Assembly: GCA_964652955.1 (NCBI GenBank)
Contig: CAZZCF010000004.1
Location: 12,514-76,513, forward strand
From: an uncultured Leptospirales bacterium
GTDB taxonomy: Bacteria > Spirochaetota > UBA4802 > JAKQUI01
DNA length: 64,000 nucleotides
Reading direction: 5' to 3'
Each line of letters begins with the position of its first letter. Within the stretch, counting starts at the first letter, position 1. Positions 39,211 to 48,948 of this stretch are shown in pieces. Made by a program: the position numbers and the translations under genes. The notes under the pieces are model-generated. The model did not search any database. It was given only the letters and a program-made list of their open reading frames with translations, and had not been told where the DNA came from.

Positions 39211-40389
39211 TCAGGTTTTTTTAATTGCGATCATCAGATTTGACTTATTCCTTCCGCGCAGGCTCCCATAGCCAAAGTTAAAGGGGAGGACAGTATCCAC
39301 CTTCTCGTAGCTTTTTTGAAGATCCTGTTGATTGCTCCAGTAGCATCCTTTTATCTTATAGGGTGGCTCGTAAACGCCGTAAAGCTTCAGTTCCCAGATT
39401 TTCGTATCAAAGGAGTTGAAGGGAATGCCGGAATCGTCCTGAACGATTATGGCGCTTTTCCTGAGAATGAAATCCCGGACACCGGAAAACCGCTTCATAT
39501 GGAGGAGATACACCGCGGACTTCATGAGCGTTCTCATGGAAGCAGAGCTGTTGAGGTATCGACCGATGCCGGTGTCGGTGCTCACCTTTTCATCACCCAA
39601 TCGCATGCTGAAATATATCACCTCTTGAACTTTTTCCCCCTGGGTGAAATGTATGCGAATACCGGTTGCTTCCGGTTTCTCCCCTTGAATGAGCCCTCTC
39701 CTGTCGAGAGGCATGATGGCGCCGGTGCTCTCAATGCCGATCGCTTGCAGATCAATTATCCTGAGATTCAATCTCGCCATAAATATCAGAATGATGGGGG
39801 CGACGCCCGTTATGTTGAAATTGGCCATCTCATGCTTCATGGTGCGGCTCTGAAAGTAGTTCAGATAGCAGTAGGGATAGATCACCCGTTTTATACAGGA
39901 GAGACCGTATTGCACCTTTTTTCGTGAGAGATCCTGAAGCTGTAAAATCGAACCCGGCTTTTCGAGGGCAATCATCAGATAGCGGGGCGCGTCCGGGAAT
40001 AACAGATACATATTGACGAAATCCGCACCGCTCAAGGGGTAGAAGACCGTGGTTCCGGAGTGTTTTCGGGGTATATTCTCATCTCGCCACGGGACGATGG
40101 GATCGATATTCTCCACTTCGACCTGATTCCAGAAGTTGTTCATGAAGGTGGTGTATCGTTGATAGTATCGTGACTGTGTATGCTTCCAGAATTCGCTCTT
40201 CTCCGGGACCGTCATTCCAGCGAGAAATCTGGAGAGGTTGTTCCAGAATGCATTGCCCTCGATGGTCTTTTCCCTGACATCGCATCGTGCGATTGTGCTT
40301 ATGATGAAGAGGATGAGTATGAGAGCTCTGGCGTATGGATTTACTGAAGTGTTCTTTCTCTTCATGACCTTCCCCATAATGCTTCCCAC
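39211..40389 (-). CDS. hypothetical secreted protein
   Basis: Signal-peptide-like N-terminus MKRKNTSVNPYARALILILFIISTIARC. No recognisable domain. First gene of the minus-strand envelope cluster. Confidence 0.5.
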   Translation of the reverse strand: MGSIMGKVMKRKNTSVNPYARALILILFIISTIARCDVREKTIEGNAFWNNLSRFLAGMTVPEKSEFWKHTQSRYYQRYTTFMNNFWNQVEVENIDPIVPWRDENIPRKHSGTTVFYPLSGADFVNMYLLFPDAPRYLMIALEKPGSILQLQDLSRKKVQYGLSCIKRVIYPYCYLNYFQSRTMKHEMANFNITGVAPIILIFMARLNLRIIDLQAIGIESTGAIMPLDRRGLIQGEKPEATGIRIHFTQGEKVQEVIYFSMRLGDEKVSTDTGIGRYLNSSASMRTLMKSAVYLLHMKRFSGVRDFILRKSAIIVQDDSGIPFNSFDTKIWELKLYGVYEPPYKIKGCYWSNQQDLQKSYEKVDTVLPFNFGYGSLRGRNKSNLMIAIKKT

Positions 40390-40908
40390 TGAGTATCTCG
40401 TTTTGCAGAGGACGTTATATCCTTCGGATAGAGTTCATGTGGTCTCTGCACGGGTATCGGGATGATGAATTACGGTTTCACGCAGTGCCGGTACTATCAT
40501 CTCGGCACACGTGCGAGGGTATCCTCATCGCTCATTGGCGAAGTGCATATCTTAATATTTCAATGGGATACACTTCTGTTAGCGCAAATAAGATGCATTT
40601 ATTTCCGTATTCAGGTGCAGTTGTCAATAACTTCTCGGGCAATTTTGCCTTTTTTTACGATGGTTGATGATGACAGCGTGTGATATCGTGCATGATCAAA
40701 TTTAATTTGCTTTTTCCATGGGGAAATCAGAAGGTGCTATGAGATGATATGGAATGGGAAGCGAGCAGGAGCTCGTTGCCGGCAGAGAGCACTTGTAGAG
40801 TACATGAATGCTGCCTGTCGATCTCCTGACGCGCATTGCGGATCCTCTCTCAAGCAACCGGATATTCGTCGTTCTCTGCTATTGTCATGATGGGGGCAGT
40901 TCGAGCGT

Positions 40909-41646
40909 ATGAACGAAAAACTGAAGAAGAGTGATAATGAAAAGCCTTTTTTGTGGTCCCGATGGCCTGTCTTGACAACTATCTTCACTTTCTGGATTTT
41001 CCTCATGGCGGAAGGTATCTCCGGTACAGCGGGAATGCATCGAGTTGATGAGGTGAAACGGGCCTTCAGGGGATTCGGGGGGAGATATGTGCTGTACGTG
41101 AGCAAGGGGGAATTCCGCCTTTACGTTTACAACAGGAGGGGGAGGGTTGTCACACAGTATCCGGTTGGCTACGGCCTGAATCCTGACCGGAGGCCGAAGC
41201 TCCATGAGGGAGATTCCAGGACGCCGGAAGGATGCTATCGCGTCGTACAGGTGCTGAGTATGGATGCGAACAAAAAAACAGCGGCGTATAAAAAGTTGAA
41301 GGAATTGAACGACCGGTATCTCAGGGCGGAAGACGGCCACTTCAAGTTCGGTCAACCGGATGTTGATACCGGTCGCAATGCCTACGGGCCGCGGCTCTTC
41401 TGGATTGATTATCCCAATGAGAAGGACCGGGAGAATTACGAGGAGGCGGTTAAGAGGGGTCTCGTCCCGATGGTGGACGGGAAAGTGACAGGAATCGGTT
41501 ACGGGATTACCATTCACGGCAATAATGATCCCCCTTCGGTGGGCGAACTCTCTACCGCTGGCTGCATTATCATGTACAACAAAGATATCAGAGCACTCCA
41601 CAAGTATGTTCGGGTGGGAACACCGGTGATAATCTCGGCCGATTAG
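40909..41646 (+). CDS. L,D-transpeptidase (YkuD) family protein
   Basis: N-terminal TM anchor. Catalytic region GITIHGNNDPPSVGELSTAGCIIM carries the His/Cys of the YkuD fold. Confidence 0.75.
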   Translation: MNEKLKKSDNEKPFLWSRWPVLTTIFTFWIFLMAEGISGTAGMHRVDEVKRAFRGFGGRYVLYVSKGEFRLYVYNRRGRVVTQYPVGYGLNPDRRPKLHEGDSRTPEGCYRVVQVLSMDANKKTAAYKKLKELNDRYLRAEDGHFKFGQPDVDTGRNAYGPRLFWIDYPNEKDRENYEEAVKRGLVPMVDGKVTGIGYGITIHGNNDPPSVGELSTAGCIIMYNKDIRALHKYVRVGTPVIISAD

Positions 41647-41673
41647 GCACTAAACAAAAATTTAGTATTTTGC

Positions 41674-41702
41674 TTGACATAATCAGCCGTTGCGTGATAA
41701 TT
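41674..41702 (+). promoter_or_regulatory. strong sigma70-like promoter ~480 bp upstream of recA
   Basis: TTGACA (41674-41679), 16-17 bp spacer, GATAAT/ATAATT (41696-41702). Confidence 0.4.
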
Positions 41703-42182
41703 AACATGAATATCATCTCACAGCTTCGAGTGAGAAAGTGAAAATTTTATTTCATGTTTGGTAATGGCTTTGCTGTTTTTAAAAAGGGTTGCTTGTTCCC
41801 GCTTCATTGGGGAATGCATTTATTATCTGTTAGTATTTGATGGTTACCTGAGCAATCCCGGAATTATTGAATATTCCTGAATTAACAGGCTTCTCCTGCG
41901 AAAAGTGTTTCTTTTCGCAGCAATCTATTCGTATAGTATGAGTGAGGGTTTCGCGGGCGACATTCGGGAATGTCGGCGATGATGCACGCGGGTGGAGCTG
42001 AAAAAAAGAGCGCTTTGTGCACGGGAAAGAAAATAAATACTTGCAAAATTATCGGGAATTGATTTAATTATTATGTCTCCTTATAGAGAAACAGCATGGT
42101 GTCCGCAGTACAGGGTGATGGCGTCATGCGGGAGATGGAGCATCACAACACCATTCGGTGATAAAAGCTGAGGAGTGTTCCC

Positions 42183-43223
42183 ATGGCAGAACAGAAAGAG
42201 ATTAATCAGAAAGAACAGGCGCTGGAATCGGCAATCTTTCAGATAGAGAAGCAGTTCGGCAAGGGCTCAATTATGAAGCTCGGAGATGAATCCGCTCGGG
42301 TGCGGATTCCCGCAATATCCACCGGTTCGCTTGAGCTCGATGTGGCGCTCGGCGTCGGCGGGATACCGCGCGGGCGGGTCACGGAGATTTTCGGCCCGGA
42401 GGCTTCAGGGAAAACAACGCTCACGCTGCACGTGGTTGCCGAAGCGCAGCGTACTGCCGGTATCGCTGCCTTTGTCGATGCCGAGCACGCGCTCGATCCC
42501 GCGTATGCGGCGCGCCTCGGGGTGAACACCGATGAGCTGCTGGTCTCGCAGCCGGATACCGGAGAGGAGGCTCTTGAGATAACCGAGGCGCTGGTGCGCT
42601 CAGGGGCGATCGACATTATCGTTATCGACTCGGTTGCCGCGCTGGTTCCCAAGGCGGAGATAGAGGGAGAGATGGGAGATGCCCACATGGGGCTCCAGGC
42701 GCGGCTCATGAGTCAGGCGCTGAGAAAGCTTACGGGAGTTATTTCAAAATCGAAGACCAGCGTTGTTTTCATCAATCAGATACGCCACCGCATCGGCGTG
42801 ATGTTCGGCTCGCCGGAAACGACGACCGGCGGCAACGCACTGAAATTCTACTCATCGATTCGCCTCGACATCAGAAGGATTGAGACCCTCAAATCGGGAG
42901 ATGAGGCGATTGGGAACCGGGTCCGCGTCAAGGTGGTGAAGAACAAGGTGGCGCCTCCCTTCCGACAGGCGGAATTCGATATTCTCTACAACAGCGGTAT
43001 CTGTCGCTTCGGCGGCATACTGGATCTCGGAACGAAGTTTGACATTATCAAAAAGGCAGGAACCTGGTACTCCTACGGCGATGACCGGATTGGCCAGGGG
43101 AGAGAGAATGCCAAGAATTTTCTCAGGGAAAATCAGAACATCGCCCAGGCGATTGAGGAGAAGATCAAGATCGAAACCGGGCTTATCGATGCAAATCCTG
43201 TCGAGGCGTCAGTGAGCACATGA
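42183..43223 (+). CDS. recA: recombinase RecA
   Basis: Walker [10 protein letters not shown], loops L1/L2, and VVFINQIR; unmistakable RecA sequence throughout. Confidence 0.95.
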   Translation: MAEQKEINQKEQALESAIFQIEKQFGKGSIMKLGDESARVRIPAISTGSLELDVALGVGGIPRGRVTEIFGPEASGKTTLTLHVVAEAQRTAGIAAFVDAEHALDPAYAARLGVNTDELLVSQPDTGEEALEITEALVRSGAIDIIVIDSVAALVPKAEIEGEMGDAHMGLQARLMSQALRKLTGVISKSKTSVVFINQIRHRIGVMFGSPETTTGGNALKFYSSIRLDIRRIETLKSGDEAIGNRVRVKVVKNKVAPPFRQAEFDILYNSGICRFGGILDLGTKFDIIKKAGTWYSYGDDRIGQGRENAKNFLRENQNIAQAIEEKIKIETGLIDANPVEASVST

Positions 43224-43237
43224 ATCCGGCATGAGCC

Positions 43238-43999
43238 TTGAAACAATCGCAGCACATTCAGTTAAAAACACCCGACGATATCAAGCGAATCGGCGAAGCG
43301 GGCAGAATCATTGCGCTGATCTTCGAACGCATTCAGCACCTCTCGCTCAGGGGGATGTCAACCTTTGAGCTGGATGCGTTTGTTGAGGAGGAGATACACC
43401 GGCACCGGGCACGATCCTCATTCAAGACCGTCATCAATTATGGGTATGCTACCTGCATTTCGGTAAACAGCGAGGTTGTTCACGGTATTCCCTCAAAAAA
43501 GAAGCTCCTGCAGCTCGGTGATATCGTTAAAATAGATATCGGTGTTGTCAAGCGAGGGTTCTTTGCCGATGCGTGCAGAACCGTTGTCGTTGAACCGATA
43601 TCGGAGAATGCTCGCCAGCTCGTGATGGTAGCGCGGTCAGCCCTCGAGAAGGGGATAGAAGTGATGTTTCCCGGAAGACATATGGGCGATATCGGTTCTG
43701 CTATACAGCGCTATGTCGAGTCCAGTGGATACAGCATTGTTCGGGATTTTTCAGGACACGGGGTTGGTTTTTCTGTCCATGAGCTGCCCGCGGTCCCTCA
43801 CTTCGGCAAAGAGCGGAGCGGTATGGAGCTGCAGGAGGGGATGGTTCTTGCTGTTGAGCCGATAGTGAACGAGGGGGGGCGCGAGGTGATATCCCTTGAG
43901 GATGGCTGGACTGTCGCAACCGCGGACGGTAAGCTTTCCGCTCAATTCGAGAATACCATTGCTATTACGGGAAGGGGTCCTGTTGTTCTGACCCGGTGA
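43238..43999 (+). CDS. map: type I methionine aminopeptidase
   Basis: IQLKTPDDIKRIGEAGRI; metal ligands in DIVKIDIGVVKRGFFADACRT, HGVGFSVHELP and EPIVNEG. Apparent TTG start at 43238. Confidence 0.85.
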   Translation: MKQSQHIQLKTPDDIKRIGEAGRIIALIFERIQHLSLRGMSTFELDAFVEEEIHRHRARSSFKTVINYGYATCISVNSEVVHGIPSKKKLLQLGDIVKIDIGVVKRGFFADACRTVVVEPISENARQLVMVARSALEKGIEVMFPGRHMGDIGSAIQRYVESSGYSIVRDFSGHGVGFSVHELPAVPHFGKERSGMELQEGMVLAVEPIVNEGGREVISLEDGWTVATADGKLSAQFENTIAITGRGPVVLTR

Positions 44000-44087
44000 G
44001 GCAGAACAGCCTGAAACCGCTGCATATGGTCATCGGCTAAAGTCCCTTTGATCCGCGTGGAGAGATAAGGCCTTGAGCGGCGATTTC

Positions 44088-44960
44088 CTAGCCCTGAATT
44101 CGTGCATAACCTCTGCTGATTGCCCTCTCTCCCTGGCTGAGAACATGGAAAAAGAGATTTCGATAATCGTTCAGTGCTTCACTGCCGTCGAGAATAATGT
44201 GAATATCCGTTCCCGGCAAAACCATGCCGGTGAATCGGCAGGAGATCGATTTCAGTTGCCGTGGATCTCCACCGGCCTCCCGGTTGATAATCTCCCGGGC
44301 TGCGTAGGCGAGGGTGGCTGTTCCCTGAAGGATTATTCCCGGAAGACCCACGCTGCGGGCAAATTTTTTCGAGGTGTGTATGGGGAAGAAGATATCGGTA
44401 CAGCCGTCGTAGAGATAGGGTCTCAGTTCGTTTATGTAAATGATGCTCTCCCAATGCGACGGATTGTCTCCCGAATATTCCGGAACGCGCGGAATCTCAT
44501 TTCCTCCACTCCCCTCATCGGCACACTGAACCCCTCTCAGGAGTATGCCGCTGAATTCGGTGAATACCGGAGCGGTGTCGCTTTTCGCTTCGAGTCGGGT
44601 TATCACATGGGTTCCCGACCGATGCGGCACTATGGCGGCGATTGAGCCGGTAATGCTGAGATGATCCCCGGGGATAACGGGTCGGTGAAACTCGAGATAC
44701 TCGGAGTAGTGCACCATTGTTGCAATTATTTCAGGCGTATAGCCTCTCCGCTCCATGATTTCACGAATACGCTCTATCATGGGCCAGAGAAGTGCAACGC
44801 TGAACAGTGGATGGGCGATGATCCCTTCCTCACGCTCATCATCAAAATAGCAGGGATTTGCATCGTCTATTGCAGCAGCGTAGTTCATGGTGTCACGCCA
44901 GGTTACCTGTGTCGTGTATTCCGATAATTCGGTTCCGACGGCGTCCGAGTTGATTTCCAT
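44088..44960 (-). CDS. MaoC-like (double hot-dog) dehydratase family protein
   Basis: Two hot-dog-like halves; AIDDANPCYFDDE..AHPLF resembles the MaoC N-terminal hot-dog. Start chosen at MEINSDA (ATG at 44960). Confidence 0.6.
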   Translation of the reverse strand: MEINSDAVGTELSEYTTQVTWRDTMNYAAAIDDANPCYFDDEREEGIIAHPLFSVALLWPMIERIREIMERRGYTPEIIATMVHYSEYLEFHRPVIPGDHLSITGSIAAIVPHRSGTHVITRLEAKSDTAPVFTEFSGILLRGVQCADEGSGGNEIPRVPEYSGDNPSHWESIIYINELRPYLYDGCTDIFFPIHTSKKFARSVGLPGIILQGTATLAYAAREIINREAGGDPRQLKSISCRFTGMVLPGTDIHIILDGSEALNDYRNLFFHVLSQGERAISRGYARIQG

Positions 44961-45253
44961 TTCTCCTCCTCTCTTTCCGTGAACTCTAGTATCCGGGCTG
45001 CTTCTGTCAATCAACAAATTGCGGGATACCGTTTGCCGGTATCCTGAAAAGGAGTGGTTAAATAATTCTTGAAATAATTCTTTTTGAGGCTACATTGATG
45101 GTAAGGCGCATGAACGGGAATAGTGAATACATACCTGTACGCATGATTGTAGCGCACTCCTGTTCTTTTCCGTTTTTATCGGGAAGAGATAATCTCGGGA
45201 AGCGAACGGAGTGAATGTGTTGACAGATACCCATAGAGGAGTATGCAGAACAG

Positions 45254-45709
45254 ATGAAAAAACAGGTTGCTCTTTTAATCATCGCCGCATTTGCTCTCTT
45301 CAGCGCCTGCTCTGAAAACGACGAGACGAAGGATGTCTCTGATAAGAGCGCTGTAAAGAGATCGGCACCGGCTGCAGAAGATAAAGATGCTACGGTCCCC
45401 GTGGAAAAACCGGTTGAGATCTTTTATTTTTACGGATCGGGTTGTCAGAATTGCGGGCAGGTAAAGTCGGTTATTGAAAGTCTCGCCCGGGATAAGCGGA
45501 TCAGGGTTAAGCAGTACGAAGTATGGTACAATAAGAAAAATCGCGATCTGCTTTTAAAGATGGCACGGGAGAGGAATCTAACAGTCAGGGGAGTTCCGGC
45601 AGTCATTATCGGCAGTCAGATCTGCCTGGGCATTAAGGAGATATCGGATCTCGGAAAGAAATTCGGTGTAAATAAACAACCGGGAGCGGTGCAACCGGTG
45701 GAGCGGTGA
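45254..45709 (+). CDS. thioredoxin/glutaredoxin-like lipoprotein (CxxC)
   Basis: Lipobox LFSAC. EIFYFYGSGCQNCGQVKSVIESL has a CxxC motif in a thioredoxin-fold context. Confidence 0.6.
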   Translation: MKKQVALLIIAAFALFSACSENDETKDVSDKSAVKRSAPAAEDKDATVPVEKPVEIFYFYGSGCQNCGQVKSVIESLARDKRIRVKQYEVWYNKKNRDLLLKMARERNLTVRGVPAVIIGSQICLGIKEISDLGKKFGVNKQPGAVQPVER

Positions 45710-45710
45710 T

Positions 45711-47054
45711 ATGAAACAGTATGATATCATGGTAATCGGCGGTGTTGCTGCCGGTATGAGCGCTGCGTCTCAGGCACGCAGGGCGAACAAGGATATATCC
45801 ATAGCTGTTTTTGAGAAGAGCGATTATGTTTCGTACGGCGCCTGTGGCATGCCCTATTACATCAGCGATCTCATCGAGGATCACCGACGGCTCATCGCCA
45901 TTGACAAGGATGACTATGTCTCCCGGAGGCAGATAGATATCTTTACCGGCACCGAGGCGAAACAGGTTGATTTTGCGAACAAGCGGGTGTTGATTCACCT
46001 CGCTGGAGAGGATGAGTGGTACACCTATGACAAGCTCATTATCGCCACGGGTGCAAAACCGGTCGTGCCTCCCATAGAGGGTATTGAGCATGAAAATATA
46101 TTCATGCTGCGCAATCTGAATGATGGAATCAGGATAAAGGAGTTTGTCCAGAGAAACTTCCCGCAAAGGGCTGTGCTGATCGGCGGTGGTTTTATCGGCC
46201 TCGAGATGGCAGAATCCTTTCATGAGCTTGGTATTGCACCGGTAATCATTGAGCGGATGGAATCGGTTGCCATGGCTCTCGATCCTGAGATCCGTGAGCG
46301 GATAACGAATAAGCTGAAAGATAACGATGTTGAGATTATGACGGGAGTTGCGGTTAACAGGATCTCGCGTGAGGGAAGCTTGATCGTTCACCACGATGAC
46401 GGAGCCGTTGAGGCTGATTTTATCGTCGTTTCAGTCGGGGTGATTCCCAATACTGATTTTCTCCGGGATGCCGGGCTGAAGATGACCGAGCGAGGCGCTC
46501 TGGTTGTTGATGAGCGGTCGCAGACCACTCTTCCCGATGTCTATGCTGCGGGCGACTGTGCGACCGTCCGGCATCTGATAACGGACACGGATGTGTACAT
46601 GCCGCTGGGCTCAACGGCAAATAAGCAGGGTCGTGTTGCCGGTCTTCAGGCTGCCGGAATCTCGACGGAACGCTTCAGGGGTATTGTCGGCTCACAGCTG
46701 GTGAAGGTTTTTGATCTCGAGGTGGGAAAGACCGGTCTCTCTGAACGGGAAGCGGAGATGCATGGCATCAAGAACGAATCCTCGGTGGTTACCTGGAAGG
46801 ATATTGCCGGCTACTGTCCCGCATCGGAGAATCTGTTTGTCAAGATAACCATCAATCCGGATACCCGGGAGATAATCGGTGGGCAGCTGGTGGGGAAGCA
46901 TGGCGCCGCTCAGCGAACGAATATCCTGGCGACGGCCATCACCGCACGGATGTCGATAGATGATTTTGCCTATCTGGATCTGGGCTATGCACCGCCCTTT
47001 ACGCCGGTATGGGATTCGCTTCTCGTTGCAGCGCAGAAGCTCGTCAAAAGATAG
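45711..47054 (+). CDS. FAD-dependent pyridine-nucleotide-disulfide oxidoreductase, CoA-disulfide reductase / NADH oxidase family
   Basis: IMVIGGVAAGMSAASQARR (FAD GxGxxG), active-site SYGACGMPYYI with single redox Cys as in Cdr/Npx/Nox, second Rossmann LIGGGFIGLE. Confidence 0.75.
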   Translation: MKQYDIMVIGGVAAGMSAASQARRANKDISIAVFEKSDYVSYGACGMPYYISDLIEDHRRLIAIDKDDYVSRRQIDIFTGTEAKQVDFANKRVLIHLAGEDEWYTYDKLIIATGAKPVVPPIEGIEHENIFMLRNLNDGIRIKEFVQRNFPQRAVLIGGGFIGLEMAESFHELGIAPVIIERMESVAMALDPEIRERITNKLKDNDVEIMTGVAVNRISREGSLIVHHDDGAVEADFIVVSVGVIPNTDFLRDAGLKMTERGALVVDERSQTTLPDVYAAGDCATVRHLITDTDVYMPLGSTANKQGRVAGLQAAGISTERFRGIVGSQLVKVFDLEVGKTGLSEREAEMHGIKNESSVVTWKDIAGYCPASENLFVKITINPDTREIIGGQLVGKHGAAQRTNILATAITARMSIDDFAYLDLGYAPPFTPVWDSLLVAAQKLVKR

Positions 47055-47142
47055 ATATGCACGGAGTAGTACCCGTCCCGCCGTAACGGGCAGCAGGGTG
47101 CATCTTCCTGTTCATTAATAAAAGAGCTCCATCATTACCATA

Positions 47143-48261
47143 ATGAAATTTCAAGTAATTGCAGGTGATAGCGATACCGGTGCGCGGGTAGGCCATCTGG
47201 AGACCCCGCACGGTACGGTGACAACCCCCGTCTTCATGCCCGTCGCAACGCGCGGTGCGATTCGAGCTTTGTCCATCCGCGATATCGAGGAGATCGGCTT
47301 TGAGATAGTGCTCTCCAATACCTACCATCTCTACATTCGTCCCGGTATGGAGGTGATCGAAGCGGAAGGCGGACTCCATCGATTTATGCATTATCCCGGA
47401 ACCATACTCACCGATTCGGGAGGATATCAGGTCTTTTCGCTCTCTAACCTCTGTACGGTTCATGAGGCGGGAGTTGAATTCAGATCTCATCTTGACGGAT
47501 CGGCCCATTTCTTTTCGCCGGAGAAGGTGCTGGACCTTCAGAGAATTATCGGTTCTGATATCATGATGGTTCTGGACCATTGTGTTCCCTATCCGTCAAC
47601 CAGGGAGCATGCGGAAGCGGCAGTGAACAGAACCGTTTCCTGGGCACGCTCTTCGATTGAGTACTGGAGACGCGCGTTCGACAGCGAGCGGCAGGCGCTC
47701 TTTGCAATACTTCAGGGGAGCGTTTTCGATGATTTGCGGGTATCATGCGCAGAACGACTGGTCGAGATGGATTTTCCCGGGTATGCAATCGGCGGGCTGT
47801 CGGTCGGGGAACCGGCTGAACTCTATAGGGAGATGACCGATATCTCGTTGCAGCATCTTCCTGATGATAAGCCGCGGTACATGATGGGGGTGGGGAGTCC
47901 CCTCGAGATTCTCTTTGCGGTCTCACGCGGAGTCGATATGTTCGACTGTGTGATGCCCACGCGTATCGCCAGAAACGGAACGCTCTATACCTCACGGGGG
48001 AGAGTGAACATCAAGTCATCACGCTACGCCAGTGATTCTGCCCCCCTCGATGATCGCTGTGACTGCTATGTGTGCAGGAGCTTTTCACGGTCGTACCTCA
48101 GGCATATCTTCAAGGTGGGCGAGATCGCTTCACTCATCTATAACAGCTATCACAATCTCTTCTTCATGCGTTCCTTCATGGCGGAGATACAGGAGAGTAT
48201 TCGGGCGGGTCGATTCGGGGAGGTCTACCGCAAATATGAATCCATTTACGGGAATGAATGA
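47143..48261 (+). CDS. tgt: queuine tRNA-ribosyltransferase (tRNA-guanine transglycosylase)
   Basis: ARVGHLETPHGTVTTPVFMPVATRGAIRAL, LSNTYHL, and zinc site CDCYVCRSFSRSYLRH. Confidence 0.9.
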   Translation: MKFQVIAGDSDTGARVGHLETPHGTVTTPVFMPVATRGAIRALSIRDIEEIGFEIVLSNTYHLYIRPGMEVIEAEGGLHRFMHYPGTILTDSGGYQVFSLSNLCTVHEAGVEFRSHLDGSAHFFSPEKVLDLQRIIGSDIMMVLDHCVPYPSTREHAEAAVNRTVSWARSSIEYWRRAFDSERQALFAILQGSVFDDLRVSCAERLVEMDFPGYAIGGLSVGEPAELYREMTDISLQHLPDDKPRYMMGVGSPLEILFAVSRGVDMFDCVMPTRIARNGTLYTSRGRVNIKSSRYASDSAPLDDRCDCYVCRSFSRSYLRHIFKVGEIASLIYNSYHNLFFMRSFMAEIQESIRAGRFGEVYRKYESIYGNE

Positions 48262-48458
48262 TCGGCAAGAGCCGCAGCCTGTTAGGAAATTACAGAGCTT
48301 CCAATCGGCTTCCTGCCGGGAAGCGGGGAGCGAAGAATCTCGAGCATCACGATAACAGCACACGGAACCGATGTCATCGTAATGAGATCATACGCTTCCA
48401 CCGTGCTCACTTCGCCCGGAACGAAGGATGCCATTTCCGTTTTGGGACAGGAGCTAAT

Positions 48459-48472
48459 TAATTACGTAATTA
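48459..48472. promoter_or_regulatory. 14-bp perfect palindrome taattacgtaatta abutting the -35 region (TTGACA 48475-48480) of the STAS gene
   Basis: Read directly from the sequence; candidate operator site. Confidence 0.3.
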
Positions 48473-48551
48473 TCTTGACATACTCGCTGGAATTATAATA
48501 AAATGCTATGTCATTATTATCAATGCTACCCCTTCGAAGGAGTTGGGCCGA

Positions 48552-48896
48552 ATGGATATTACGACCCGTTCGCGCGGTGATATCGTTATACTGGATATTG
48601 TGGGTGAAATTGATCTGTACAACGCGCCAGAGATTAAGGATATTATCAACAAGCTGATCGAGGTACAGAAATACAATGTTATAATCAATCTTGAAAAGGT
48701 GTCCTATATTGACTCGTCGGGAATCGGGGCGCTCATCTCAAGTCTGTCGAATCTCAAGAAATATCAGGGCGGTTTGAAGATCATCAATGTTTTCGCTTCG
48801 GTGAGGAAAGTCTTCGAGCTCACCAAGCTGACCTCATTTTTTGAGATATTCGATTCCGAGGAAACAGCACTGGAATCTTTTCAGAGGTTGACATGA
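48552..48896 (+). CDS. STAS-domain anti-sigma-factor antagonist (SpoIIAA-like)
   Basis: VILDIVGEIDLYNAPEIKD...EKVSYIDSSGIGALI has the conserved phosphorylatable Ser context. Confidence 0.8.
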   Translation: MDITTRSRGDIVILDIVGEIDLYNAPEIKDIINKLIEVQKYNVIINLEKVSYIDSSGIGALISSLSNLKKYQGGLKIINVFASVRKVFELTKLTSFFEIFDSEETALESFQRLT

Positions 48897-48948
48897 GTAA
48901 TCTTTGGATTTATCCGCAACTATATTATTAAAGAGCGAGGCAAATGCA

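Noticed and set aside
40885-41601. 238-aa minus-strand ORF antisense to the L,D-transpeptidase
   Set aside because: The YkuD catalytic His/Cys motif is on the plus strand.
45633-46394. 253-aa minus-strand ORF antisense to the Cdr-family gene; also 47044..47580 antisense to tgt
   Set aside because: Plus-strand genes have clear FAD/NAD and Tgt zinc motifs.
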